A stretch of 64,000 bases of DNA from Eutreptiella sp. 'Long Island Sound 2002' (Eukaryota > Protista > Euglenida), in contig OZ038378.1 of assembly GCA_964036045.1 (NCBI GenBank), forward strand, positions 182,962,001 to 183,026,000. The letters run 5' to 3'. Shown here piece by piece: positions 47,716 to 60,093 of this stretch (position 1 is the stretch's first letter; each line of letters opens with the position of its first letter). Under the pieces are notes generated by a model. That model saw nothing but the letters and a program-made list of their open reading frames with translations, ran no database searches and was not told the origin of the DNA. The translations under genes were made by a program, and so were the position numbers.

Positions 47716-48784
47716 GTTTGTAACTAACTCCGTGCCCAATGTGGTGACCCACATTGCATAAGTAAGGTACAAGAGGCCTGAATATTGCCCACAGAGAAAC
47801 ATTGATACTGCTGGTCACCAACTCAAGACAATATCTAGTATGAAAACAAAGGAACTCAAGGTATCCAATTTGGGTTGTCCTTGAGGGTTTTGGTGAACTG
47901 TTCATGCCTTCGCAAAAACACCCATGCATGTTGCCTTAGAACCTTTGCCAAGACATATTGGAAGCCCTTAATAATGTTGAGCTGCAGTGTTTTGCGAGTT
48001 CCCTGTGGTTTGGTGGGGTTGGGGTATGGTTGTGTCCATGCTGTAAAGGGAGGTGTGGGGGCTACCTTGCAATGTGGTGCTTAAATCCGGCCCATGACAT
48101 GGGATAAATACCTTTTCCATCCGCTATGGGTGTGTGTGTGTGTGTGTATGTTCTGCGACAATGTCTCCACGAGGATAGGTTTTTTTCCTTGCCTGCCCCT
48201 GACCTGTTTGACCAATAGTTGCTGCATGGGTTGCAGTAGAGCTCACTCCTGCCCACCTGGGTGCCATGTATGAAATAGAGATCGTCTCCAAGCAGCTTGA
48301 TCCCCGGGAAGGCTGATGCTGTTCTTTGTAGAGTGCTGGGAATGTTGGGTATGCTCTGGGACATAGTGTAGTTTTGCCCAGCTGCCAAGAGAAGTGCACA
48401 TGTCCAGTTGAACTATGATCATTTTTGTTTTGGTTCTGCATCCCCTTCCCGTCTACCAGTGTACTGCTGACAGCAATTTGCGATTATACCCAATAACCTG
48501 TGGTGGTACATCCTCAACCACCTCACCTCCAGCCCTGTGTTGTCGTAGATTTTGCAGTCACTGCATTGCAGAGGAGGGTGGGTACTTGAAACGGACTAGC
48601 CTGGTGGAAGGAAAAGGATGGGTGAGAGGGTGACATTCCAGGAAGGGGCAGTCGTAGCTATGGCAATGGCGGTGATACAAAGTGGTCATGTTGCCTGCCT
48701 GATCAAGAAAGGGTGTCGTGTGTGCTGTGCGGAAGTTCAGCCGCTTTGGGCCCCCCACCTGGGAGTATACATTCTTTCTCAAAG

Positions 48785-48999
48785 TTTGCCACCAACTCAA
48801 AAGGATACTATCCTCGCAGGCTCCAACAAGACCATCCATCAGGGACATCTTACTCCACCCCTTGTTTTGGGAAGCAGGCATGGAAGCACTGGTTGGTTTT
48901 GTTGGAGATTTCAGTTTTGAACCCTTACAGCGGTCCACCATCTTATTCTGTGAGGCTGTACATAGTGCCCCTGTGGTGTGCAGAGTCTTGTGTGCTTGA
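48785..48999 (+). pseudogene. IRE1/RNase L-like kinase C-lobe end and KEN-start fragment (single exon)
   Basis: LKRILSSQAPTRPSIRDILLHPLFWEAGMEALVGFVGDFS resembles the IRE1 RP...VL.HPFFW...L.F..DVS pattern; candidate tctttctcaaAG acceptor at 48784; no other kinase exons found. Confidence 0.45.
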
Positions 49000-49150
49000 C
49001 ATGTTCATAGGGGTATTTCATCCACTGTTGGCTAGTGCCCTAAAGAGTTATTCTATCATGGTGTGAGTTGTTGCATCTAGCTTGTGCCCAGTTTTGTGTT
49101 GATTTCCTTGCGATTACTTTGTACTATTTTCGCACTGGTTTGGTATGGGG

Positions 49151-49880
49151 TTACAAGCCTCCTCGACCGCTAGTGTCTGAGATTGCCGCTGACCAGTCGC
49201 CGCTGGCTAGTATCTTGTGGTATGTCTTGTAGGGCCACCGAGCCATGGTGACCAGCCAGAGCCATAGTCTTTTTTGTGCCAGATGCTCTTGTTTTGTGGG
49301 TTGGGGTGTGTGTTCTTGTTCGAGCGCGAAGCTTGTCCCCTTCAACTGGGGCAGCAACATAGGGCAAGGTGAGGCGCAGCCGAGCCTTAGCGACAATTGG
49401 GGTGGTTGGTGGTTTTGAGGTTGGCTCCGGTTAACCAGGGGTGCATTAGAAGTGAAGGTGCGTGAGAGGTGGCCCCAGAAGCAGCTAGACAGGCGGTTGG
49501 AGGAGGTTGCCAAACATAGTTGGACATAGGCTGGGCACCTTGAAGGGGGGATGGGGGTGGCAGTACACTGTACGACGACAACCTGGGTGTCAAGCAGCTC
49601 AGAAAGCACAACACCAATCAAGTGCTGGACCAGGCCAGGTGCTTGGTGTCAGCCAAATGGCACATGCATACGTGGTGCCCGCCGCCGCGACGCGGACCGC
49701 CCCCGCCATCGCCGGCGGGAGGCGCACGCTCCAATAGCAATGGCTCAGGTCTATTTTGGCACCCCATACCCCACGGTTGTATCGCTGTCTGCAACTGGTG
49801 GCACCCAGTGGCCTCTCGCCACTTACGGCCCTCCTTCCCTTGAACCCTTTTCCTCCATAGGCAGCAGCACCCATCAACCT
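49151..49880 (-). mobile_element. Decayed reverse transcriptase, DIRS/Ngaro-like
   Basis: WGAKIDLSHCYWSVRLP...AGTTY, then after a frameshift VPFG*HQAPGLVQHLIGVVL...QVVVVQ; the catalytic YxDD motif is disrupted. Confidence 0.65.
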
Positions 49881-50389
49881 CTCGCCACCTGCATGGCTAT
49901 CCTTACTTCCCTACTCACCCTTCCTTTCCTTTGGGAGGTTTTGCCAACAGAACCCCCGGACTGTCCCTGTTTCACTGCTCTGTGTCGGATTCACCCAGAC
50001 GAGGGCAACTGCCCTCACCATTGGCCAAGTGCGTCCAAGTCAACACCCCATACCTCTGGTGGGGGACCCCTCCCCAACGGCGGCTTTGGGGCCCAAGATG
50101 TCCACTTGCGGGGTCACTTCCCCTAGGGGGCACATAACAACCTTCGGCCTGTGTGTTCCCGCTCTCAGTCCTTCTAGTGGTGAGTGCATCATGTGCACTC
50201 CTATACCCCCTTGGGTTTGTAGTGTGTGTATTGTTTGTCCAATCCCACGCATGGCATGGGTGCCACCTGGGGTGGTTGGTGGGGCCGTGTTTCGTGTTGT
50301 GCTGGTGCTGGCGCCGGTTCTTGGCCCGTCGCCCTGGTGTGTGTGCTCCGCTGGTGCTTGGCCCGCCGCCTTGCTCGGGCTGTTGTGTT

Positions 50390-50900
50390 GGTGCGTTGCC
50401 CGCCGCGCTGGTCAGGCGTGTTGTGCTGCTGCTTGGCCCGCCGCCATGGTCGGGCGTGCTCGGCTTGTGCTGGGCCCGCCGCCATGGTCGGGCGTGTTGT
50501 GCTGGTGTGTGGCCCGCTGCGGTGGTCGGGCGTGATGTGCTGGTGTTGGGCTTGCCGCCATGGCCGGGCGTGCTGTGCTGGTGCTGGGCCCGCAGCCATG
50601 GTCGGTCGTGCTGTGCTGATGCACCCACCGCCATGGTCGGGCGTGCTGTGCTGGTGTGTGGCCCGCTGCGGTGGTCGGGCGTGATGTGCTGGTGCTGGGC
50701 CCGCCACCATGGCCGGGCGTGCTGTGCTGGTGCGCCCGCCGCGGTGGTCGGGTGTGCTGTGCTGGTGCTGGGCCCGCCGCCATGGTCGGTCGTGCTGTGC
50801 TGGTGCGCCCGCCGCCATGGTCGGGGTTGCTGTGCTGGTGCGCCCGCCGCGGTGGTCGGGCGTGCTGTGCTGGTGCTAGGCCCGCCACCATGGTCGGGTG
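50390..50900. repeat. ~40-bp GC-rich minisatellite (gtgctggtgctgggcccgccgccatggtcgggcgtgctgt), about 12 units
   Basis: Directly visible tandem units. Confidence 0.9.
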
Positions 50901-51871
50901 TGCTGTGCTGGGATATGTTGGGTGGGTGGTGATGGTGCGGTTGTAGGGTGATGGGTGGGGATTGGTGTTGTAGTGGGAATTGCCACAGGGATGCATTGGA
51001 AATGGGGGGAGCCCCGCCCCCCCCTCTTCCAAGTTCATCAACATCGCTGCGGAGAGGTCATAATTAAATATTCCCCTAGGTCCCTTCCCCTGAACTGGGA
51101 ACCTGGCCAAGCATGGCATTGCTTGGGAGGCCAAAGGCTCAAACACCACTACTGAGTCTGGGGGCTCCCCGCCATCCATGTAAACCCCCGGTGCGTAAGA
51201 ACCAGCAATGCTTTGCCATGCGACCAGTAGCAGTCGTTGGACAGTGTTTTCAAGCCAAAACGTGCCATGTGACGGGGACACCTTATGGAACGGCGGCAGG
51301 CCAACCGAATGGGTGAGACTGCCAGAGCAAGGAATATCTCATACGCGGACATGCTCTGCTGTATCCCGGCGCATGTCGGAGGAGGTGGGCCTGCAGATGC
51401 AAGTGGCCCAAGTAAACTCAGCCCCATATTGGCGCTGTGTGCAAGCTCCCCCAGAATCCTAAATTACACCCCTTGTTTTTTGTCCCATGGATGCTGTCAA
51501 CAACTGACGTGGTCGTCAGGTTTTTACAACAGCTGGTGATGCACCGACAACGCTCTGTCATTGAGTGGCGGCGTTTGATGGTCAAACAATGGCGGTTGGT
51601 TGTGGACCGACTGCGGTTGATGCCCAATTGCTGGTGATTAGTGGTGAAATGACAGCGGGTGGGACGGCAAGTTAATGGTTCACTGATGTCACTGAGCGGT
51701 CCACATAGGCAGTCACCTGTGTCCCTTTTGGTGGGCATGACCCCTCTAGTATTCTTCTATTTTAGTGGAGGATCACCCTGGACGCAACAGGGGGAGCAGC
51801 ATTGTCTCCGCACTGCAACACTAAGAGACATGAATTCACCCCTATTCTCTCAGCATCAGCACTTCTGGGCC

Positions 51872-54800
51872 ATGCGGTTTCTGATTTTGCTGCTGTGTTG
51901 CCTCGTGGGCCCTGCCAGTCCGAACTGGTTGCTGTTTGACTTGGTCGCAAACAACTCCCGATTGCTTCACAACATCAGTGCGCACTTGGACCTGTGGCAA
52001 GTGCGAAAGGATGGGGCGATGGTGGTGGCATCTGTTGCCGCCACGCAGCCGGAGCTGCAGGCGTTCCTGGGCCACAACAGCGGCTGGCAGATTCGCAGAA
52101 CAGTGGACGTTCTGGAGGCCGCCGACCTGACTGCCAAGGCGCACAAGGGGTTTCGCACGCAGGACGACACCCGGTCGTTCCGGGACAACAATGAAATCAG
52201 CGCCGCACTGAGAAGCCTTGCAGAGGAGTACCCGGCGTTGTCGAAGGTATCCCGCTTCGCTCTGCCGCCTACAGGGCACCCCCGGGCCCCTGCTCCCCAC
52301 ACTTCACCTGCGCGTTTGCCACAGGTCACCCCCTGCCCGCCACCACCAGATCGGTATGGCCTAGGACTTCCAGGCGTTCCTGCCACTGGGAAGGAAAGCC
52401 TGCGCCCGCATCCGTAGCCATCGGACATACGATCGCAAGCTCATGCCCAGGGATGCACCAGAAGGGAAGGGATCTCAGAGGCGGCCCCAGAAGCGGGTAG
52501 AGAGGCGGTTGAAGGAGGTTGCCAAAGCGGTTGGGTGCGGTTACTGTCGGTTACAAATGCCAGAGGCTGGCATAGGCTGGGCATAGACAGTGGCTGGGCA
52601 TAGGCTGGGCGCCCTGGAGGGGGGTGGGGGTACCTCCCCCCCCCGTCCGATGCATCCCTGCTCATGCAAGTCAGCCGGGAAAAGCAGGGGACTTAATGCA
52701 TCCGCTGTGATGCATTTGTTAAATTTTGCAGAGGGAGTCCTGCGAAGTGTCTACCTTGCATGCTGAGGGGTGCAGCATGTAGGCTGCTCACTGTGCCAAG
52801 CGTGAGTTGTGCTACATGTTCTTGGATTTGGTCCTGATATGGGCAGACGTTCTGGTGCGCCACTGGTGCCACCATAGGGCAACTGCGCGTCAATAGATCA
52901 CCCGCCTGTCCTCAACAAGCCCCAGATCCTCTGCCCGTGTGACCCTTGTGTTGTACCATGAGTGCAGGAAAGCAATCAATTGGCTGGTTCGTGCGTACCG
53001 ACCAAATAATGGGCAAATTCCTGCAAATGTTGTATTGTTGCAAATACAGTACGTGGTTTTTTGGCACTCGCAAATTTTGGTATTCATGTTGTTGGTACTC
53101 CCGAATACGTTGGCACTTGCAAGTGTGATAATTACACTGTGGTATTGGGGATGTGGTGGTGGGCTAAGGGGTGGGGCCAGTCATGTTTCATGGTTCACCC
53201 TGGGTCCGGCCCCTTCCAAAGCAGTTGCACATAAAGGCATTTTCCGGAGCGCACTGTGCGCCGTGCGATGTGCGCAAATTCAGCCGTTTCGGGCCCCGGC
53301 CAGAAGTAGACGCAAATGCTGACCTTTCCACTGAACGTATCGTAACAGAGGGCCATGGCAACAATCAGCACATCACAAGCCAAAGAAATGAAGGTTTGAA
53401 CGTTCAGTTTTCAGCTTTAGGCCATCGCATGCGGTATTTTGAGTGGATGGTGGGTTTGGGGCATACTTGCTAAGAACACCTGCCAGAACGGCTTGAGACA
53501 CCCGCCAGCAATTTTCTTGGCACCTGCCAACGCCTGCCGAAAATTTGCCACGCACATGTCAGTGCCTGCTGGGGTGTGTGGTGTGTATGCATGCAACAGT
53601 AAGCGTGTGATTCTATGATGGGCTGCATTCCATCTGTGTCTATGTATGGGGTCTGTGTGTCTGCACTCACGTGTGGGTCTGTGTGTGTCTATGACCAACC
53701 TGCTTAACGCCTGCCGACACCTGTCAAAAATTTTCGTGACACCTGCCGACACCTGCCTCAGCAGGTGTTATCAGCGAGTATGGTTTGGGGTTGGTTCCGG
53801 CTGTCCAGCATCATCGTCCGCCTGCCCCCCTAGGTCTATGAGATTGGCCGGAGTGTTGAGGATCAGGAAATCTTGGGACTGAAAATCAGCAACACCCCCG
53901 ATGCCGACGACCCGAACGTCCCCGAAGTGTTGTACGTCGGGGGCCATCACGCGAGAGAGTGGCTGGCCCAAGAGGTCACAATGGACCTCGCGGCCTATGT
54001 TCTGTGCGCGTCCACCAAAGTGGACCGCGTCAAGTCGCTGCTGAATTCGGTGGAGATGTGGTTCATCCCGGTCCTCAATCCGGACGGGTATCAGTACTCG
54101 TTCTCGACGGGGAACCGCTTCTGGCGGAAGAATCGCCAGGTCAACTGGGACGGCACGTACGGCGTGGACCTGAACCGGAACTACGAGTATCTCTGGGGCA
54201 AGTACGGCGCGTCGGCCCGGGCGAACGACGAGACATACCGGGGGACGACGTACAACACGGAGCCGGAGATCAACGCGCTCCGCGCGCTGATCGGGTACCG
54301 CCCCAGTTCGCAGTTCTACTACCTCCCGGTCACCTCCGCCGACATCCAGTCGACCAGCGGGACCCTCAACGCCCGTACCACGACTCATCTGGATGACACG
54401 GTGTGGCCTACGCAGCGCCTCTGACCCCAGTGACTAGTCCCCCCGGCCCTTGTGCCAGGCCCTCGCACCTCCAGAAAGGACCCCCACGCTCTGGCTGACC
54501 GCTAGCAGCCCATGTGGCGCAGCAGCGCCGCTTGTGCGCAAGTCGCTGTGCTACTCATCGAATGAGGGGGGGGTTGGCACAAGGCCTCGGTATCTGATTG
54601 TTTGCCTTTGGCGGCGCCTGTTGGCCTCTCGCCACTGCTCATTCTGACCCTCTGTGGGTCCGAACGTGTTTTGGTTGTGTCAACGGAGCCCCTGGATGAC
54701 TTGTCCTGTTTGACTGCTCCAGGGTCGGCTGTCCCAGAGACGGGCTGTTGCCTGTGCCGTTGACCAGGTGCATCCAGATGCACACTCCGAGTCCATGAGG

Positions 54801-57800
54801 GTTTGCCGACTCCAGCACTGACTTGTGCGCGCTGGGGTGTGCATCTGCAGGATCATTCCTGACAGGGGCTTCTAACAGCCACAATAATTCTTTCCACTTT
54901 GTCCTTTCCTTCTCCTCCTTCTGCGCTCTGCACCGGGGGGCGGTCCCGAACCCCCTGGCCCCCTCTTTGGGGCTGTCACGTGCATATGGAATGGTGTGCG
55001 CCGTGAGGAAGTCAACCGCTGGACCCGGACGCCCAGTCATTCGTGAACAAGCGATGGGAACATTTCAGCTCTAAACCCGCACACCGGCGCGCGAACCCGG
55101 AAGCACCAACCGGCACACTTACCGAGCCTGTATGGCAAGCCCCCCCCCCCCCCCCGGCTCTCGCGACACTGTGGGAGGGCAGTGTTGGGGACCCGGCGGG
55201 GGCTGAAGGTATGGATGACGAAGCCGTGACATCAACGAATGTGTCGTCACCGCCTCCCCCCCTCGTTTGTAGACGGACAGCCTGTGGGTGCACTGCTTGG
55301 CCGTTCTGTCCTCACCGCAGTTGAGGGAGTCGAGAATTTAGGGCCAATGGATATGAGCCCATGGCAGTGTGGAAAGAGGGAGTGGGAGATGCACGTTCAT
55401 GCCCATCACAGCATCCGCCTTGGGAGCCCCACGCACGTCCGCACAAGCTGGGGTTGGGGGGTGCAGTGATGTGGGCGGGGTGCTTCTCACATTTTATTTT
55501 TTCACTGTCATTCTTCTGTGGAGGGCGTCTCCATTGCACATGGGGAACCCTGCACGAGGAGTGCGCCATGCGACTCTCAGGTCAAGGATAGCATTCATCG
55601 TCTGTGTCCCACAGGTGACTGGTGGACGAATATCTCAGCATGTCAGGCCTTGTTTCGAGAGTACGTTAGCGCGCCGCGCAAAGTTTCCCCTATTTTCCCA
55701 GCTGTCCCCTTTCTTCCCCATTTTTTGTCTCCGTTTTGGGGACCCCCAAGAAGGCAGGGGTGATGTAGCCATTCCGCCCACAGGTGGGCCCCCGAGACGG
55801 CAGGGGTTTGGTAGCCTGGGCTGGAGGAGGGAGTGATGTTTTTGGGGGTAAAGCGTGGGGATAGATGGCCGGAACATTGATTTGGATGCCGGGCGCACCG
55901 GGCGGCGCCGGGTGCTCGCTGGGCAAACGTACCATCTTAGGCTAGTTTAGTAGAGGCATCCGAACCCGGCCACACCACTATCTCCTTGGGGTACTTCTGT
56001 TGTCTCAGCGAAAGGCGCCTACGCCTTTGGCACTGTCACTGAAGAGAATTTTGTTCTGACTACCGTGCCAATCCTAACTATTTGCGGAAATAATTAATTC
56101 CCGGTCCAAGGTGTTGTTTTGTGCAAAAAATAAAAAACGCAAAAAAAATATTAATTTTTTGCTTTGTGCCCTTCGCAAAAATGGGTTCCGCAAAAAAAAA
56201 TCGCAAAAAAAAAATTTTGCCCCTGCCCCCCTTTGCAGAAATACCACAGTTGTGGGACGGATGCTGTGTTTGCCCCACTGCTTGTTGCCGCAACCCCCCA
56301 CCCTTCTGTTTCTCAGACCCCATTCTCCTCCTTGCTGTGCTGTCAGAGAATGTATTATGCAGCCCACGAGCGTCAGGTATTGTGTGAGCACGTTGGACAT
56401 ATTTGAATTTGGATATTGGTGTGCCCCAAAGCAGATAACGGAGCTAGTTCTGTGCTGCTGGGGTCCATCGTGATTTGATTTTGGTTGTTGAGAGGTAAAA
56501 AGGAGTAAACCCGCGGGCCGAGGGTTTCTCCTGGGGGGAAGACAGGCCCACTCGCCCAAACCAAGGTAAACAAAACGCGACCACAGGGGTGGCTCGCCAG
56601 GCTGTGCGCGCGTAGGTGGTGTTAGAACCCCTTGGGTTCTGGACCAACCCGGGGTCCTAACCAAGGGTCTTGTCCCCCGGGCGGGTTCGCTCACACCTTG
56701 CGGTAACCACACCTTGTTGCTTGCTTTACAAGAATAAACAACTGCCACTCGCTCAGTGTCAGTTCCTCATAGTATGAAGACTAGGCCACTGCTTGCTCAC
56801 AACACAGGCTCTGGGGCAAAGTTTTCCCCTAAAAATCATGGCAATGGCAAATACGACATTCAATTCCAACAGGATGGCAATTCTGTGGTCCGCCTTTCTG
56901 TGCCCAGGGCCAAATTGCAAATTGCATAGATGAGACTGTCTATGTACAGCGGCACTATTATTTGGAACTGGAAATTTGGAACTGGCTCATTGAAAACTCG
57001 TAAGGTTGAAGCATCCGAAACACTTGCTTGTTGGTGCTTGTCTGTGCTATGGACTGCAATCCCAGAGTTCAACTGATCAACATTTGTATGCCTGTGTAGG
57101 ATTGGACTGCAATCCCAGAGTCCAAGGTACCCCAGGCCCTTCGCAAAAATGGGTTCCGCAAAAAAAAACGCAAAAATAAAAAAACTTTTGTCTCAATACG
57201 CTCCGCAAAAATGGGTTCCGCAGAAAAAAATCGCAAAAAAAAATATTTTTCCCCCTGTTTTAAGTGTTGCCGCAAAATTTTGCTTAAATAAAATTCAAAA
57301 CACCCAACGCAAAACTTAGGATTCCGCAAATAGTTAGGATTGGCACGGTACTGTTGCTTTGCAGCCTGTGCCTTGCAGGGTAAAGCTCCCCACATCTGCA
57401 TCCCTCAGCGGGGGGATGCCGCTGCGCAACTGCCATTGTCTCAGGTGGTGACCGACTGGACGAACACTGATACTTATTTGAATTGGACGGCCCTCTCATT
57501 TGAGAGCGGCACGTACCGTGTGGAGCTGGAGCAGGCGTCCAGCACCGGCAATGCAGGGGCCACGTACGAACTGGCGTTCGCGAGCTCGGCGGGGACGCAC
57601 ACGCTATCGGGCACCATCGAGTCCACCCGCGACGAGTGGATCAAACTCGTGGTCGTCGGCACCGTCAGTCTGGTGTTCCCTTCTCGCCTCTGTCCTCGAC
57701 CCCTGGGGATGCCCCGGAGGACCTCTGTCGGTGTCATCTGCTTGACCCACGGCCCCTCCATGGACCAAGTGCCCCACATTTCATCGGTTATGGAGCTTTG

Positions 57801-60093
57801 TGATGTTGCGTAGCTTTGGTGACGTTGTTCCCAGCCCCCGGCGATTGTCGTTGAGGACCTATTCTTGTGAAAGCAAAACGCCCCCCCCCCCCCAACCCCC
57901 CCACCTCCGCCCCGGATTCTGTTCCGACTCCAATGTCCCTTTGGGCTGTGTAGCGAAAGGGCGCAGGGGGCAGGGATGGCCCGAGCGAATAATGAAGATT
58001 GGGCGCTTGAATGGTGGGCAACGGCCGCGGTATGGCAGGCGCGGCTGGAGTCTCGTGTGGACATCACGGCCTGCCCTGCCCCGCACCCCCTCCGGTCCCC
58101 GCCGTTCGTGCCGACACTTCCTGGCCGAAACCGTTGGTTGACTGCCGAGCGCTGGCATTTACCCTGCCTCCGGGGGGCAGCCCCTGCGGATGATGGGCCC
58201 ACCGCTGTCGTTGAGCGGCCGACGAGGACGACGCGTGCGGACGTTCAAGAAAAGGCGCGTTCGTTTTTTTTTTGTGAATCCACTGCGTCCAACAAGCAAA
58301 GTTTGAGCATTTGTGGCCCCCCACCAATGAAAGCGGTGAACGTATGTGATGACCCGAGCTTCATTTGCGTGGCCGTGTGGTTGTGATCCTCTGTGGCAGG
58401 CGGGTGTTCCGCAAAGGCGGGTGGCGTACCACGCAGTACCATCTCCCATGCAATGTCTTTTGTGTGACCTGCTTCGTGACCAAAGGGGACGACAAAGAAC
58501 ACCAAAACTCACAATACGTCAACAGAGGACCGCGCATTTCCTGCGCAATGCCCATGCGTGTGCGCACAATCCGCCTACCAGCCAGCATGCATGAGGTCAC
58601 TATTGTAAACGACTGATACCGGGGAGGGGGAAATCGGCAACATGCAAAAATTGGAATGGCGAAATGCCCTGCGGAGAAAATTTGGTGCCAATGTTAAATA
58701 CCCGTGCAAAATTTGGGACAAAATTCCCAGACTGTGGCACAAGAAGAATAGACCATGAATGGTCGCTGCTTGCAACACCAAGGGCAAAATGCCTAGAAAT
58801 GCATCACACCACTGCCGGCTAACGATTGGTCATCCAGAACCCTCTGGCCATGTGTTATAATTCCCACAGCAGTTGTGGTAAAAAGCACCCTCCAAACCTC
58901 ACCGCCCTGGAAATGACTGCATGTGAGGCTTGGAGAGGCCAGCACGGACTGGACACCACTGGGGCAGTACGCTGCACTTGTGAGCAGTGGGACAAACAAT
59001 CCCTTCTCCCCCACAAAGCAGATCACCCCCACCCCCACCGAGTCCGGCTTAATTTGGTCACCCAAAGATACAACACTGTGCAGGGGGGGCACCAACCAGG
59101 AGTGCAAGCCCCTGGGCCAACACGGAAGGCCGAACAGACCACAGGAATGGGCAGAATTGGGGGAGATTCGCCGCACCCGCCACCACTGGCAGCCAGAACC
59201 AGGCGGTGGTCCAGGAGAAACCCACAGGTTGAGGGACGCAGCAATGAAGGGCGAAGACCCTTCAACAACAAAGGCCCCTGTTGGTAGCCCACCCGCGTGC
59301 TATTGTCAGGCTGATCCAGTCCGCCTAGAAAGGAGCTGTGACACCGTCGAGTTGCTTCAGTAGATCCGGTCTGCCCTTGACAAATGTCACAGGGCTCCAA
59401 CCCGTCTAAATGCTGCCACACCGCACGCACAGGGTGTGGAAAAACTAATGGCAAAATGCCTGGAAATGATGTGCGTTGCTGATAGGTAACACTTGGTGAT
59501 CTGGAGCCCTGGCCCTGTAGTACATTCCCCACATCTGTGGTGGTGACCACCCTCCAAATTTCACTGTCATGGGAATGACTGAATGTGAAGCATTGCCGGA
59601 ACCGGCATGGGAGGGACGCCAAGGACAGCAGCAGCACTTGTGAGCAGAGGGACAACTGTCCCACTCTCGCCAACTGAAAGTCCTTTTTCCCAGTGGCTTT
59701 CTGGGTGAAGCAGTGTGGCAATTTCCCCCTGACAACTCAGACCAGTGCACACCCTGAAATGCCAATTGACACACTTCCTCAACCCCACCCCACCCCCACA
59801 GACAAATGACCTCGATAAACAAGCCAGTTCAAAAAGACATGGCGGGCACCAATCGTGCCTCGCAGTATCAAACCAGCCTGTATGGACCCCCCCCCCTTCC
59901 CTGAACTCTGCGTTCCTCCCACCTTCCAGGAGAGCGGTGTGTCGTATTCCCTGACAATGACTGCCACTTCGTTGGGGCCTGGTGGGGCCGTCGGCATCGT
60001 GAGAGGTGTCAATTTGGTGTCCCAGACTGGCTCCAAGACCAATACAGGGCACATCAGCGATCCTCTAGGGATGCTGGCGTATCATTCATACGG
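51872..60093 (+). CDS. M14 zinc carboxypeptidase (carboxypeptidase T-like), 3'-incomplete: join(51872..52246,53834..54400,57409..57663,59930..60093,...)
   Basis: Signal peptide MRFLILLLCCLVGPASP, prodomain, YEIGRSVEDQEILGLKIS, GGHHAREW, FIPVLNPDGY, FWRKNR, GVDLNRNY, YRG...EPE, AYHSYG. All proposed introns are GT-AG and phase-compatible; the 54400/57409 junction is the least certain. Confidence 0.85.
54576..54934. repeat. Dispersed repeat family G, copy 2
   Basis: Highly similar to 42722-43083. Confidence 0.92.
56061..57350. mobile_element. Non-autonomous TIR element (MITE-like, Tc1/mariner-type TA ends) in a carboxypeptidase intron
   Basis: Perfect 29-bp inverted repeat TACCGTGCCAATCCTAACTATTTGCGGAA (56061-56089) / TTCCGCAAATAGTTAGGATTGGCACGGTA (57322-57350), including terminal TA. 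Confidence 0.85.
58880..59780 (-). mobile_element. Two tandem decayed copies (~660-bp period) of a gag-like segment related to 13100-13700
   Basis: gaaatgactgcatgtgagg...gcacttgtgagcagtgggacaa vs ggaatgactgaatgtgaag...gcacttgtgagcagagggacaa; CPxAHKC motif on the minus strand. Confidence 0.5.

Noticed and set aside
49972-51281. Several 150-290 aa ORFs on both strands
   Set aside because: Products of a stop-poor 40-bp GC-rich minisatellite with no domain signal.
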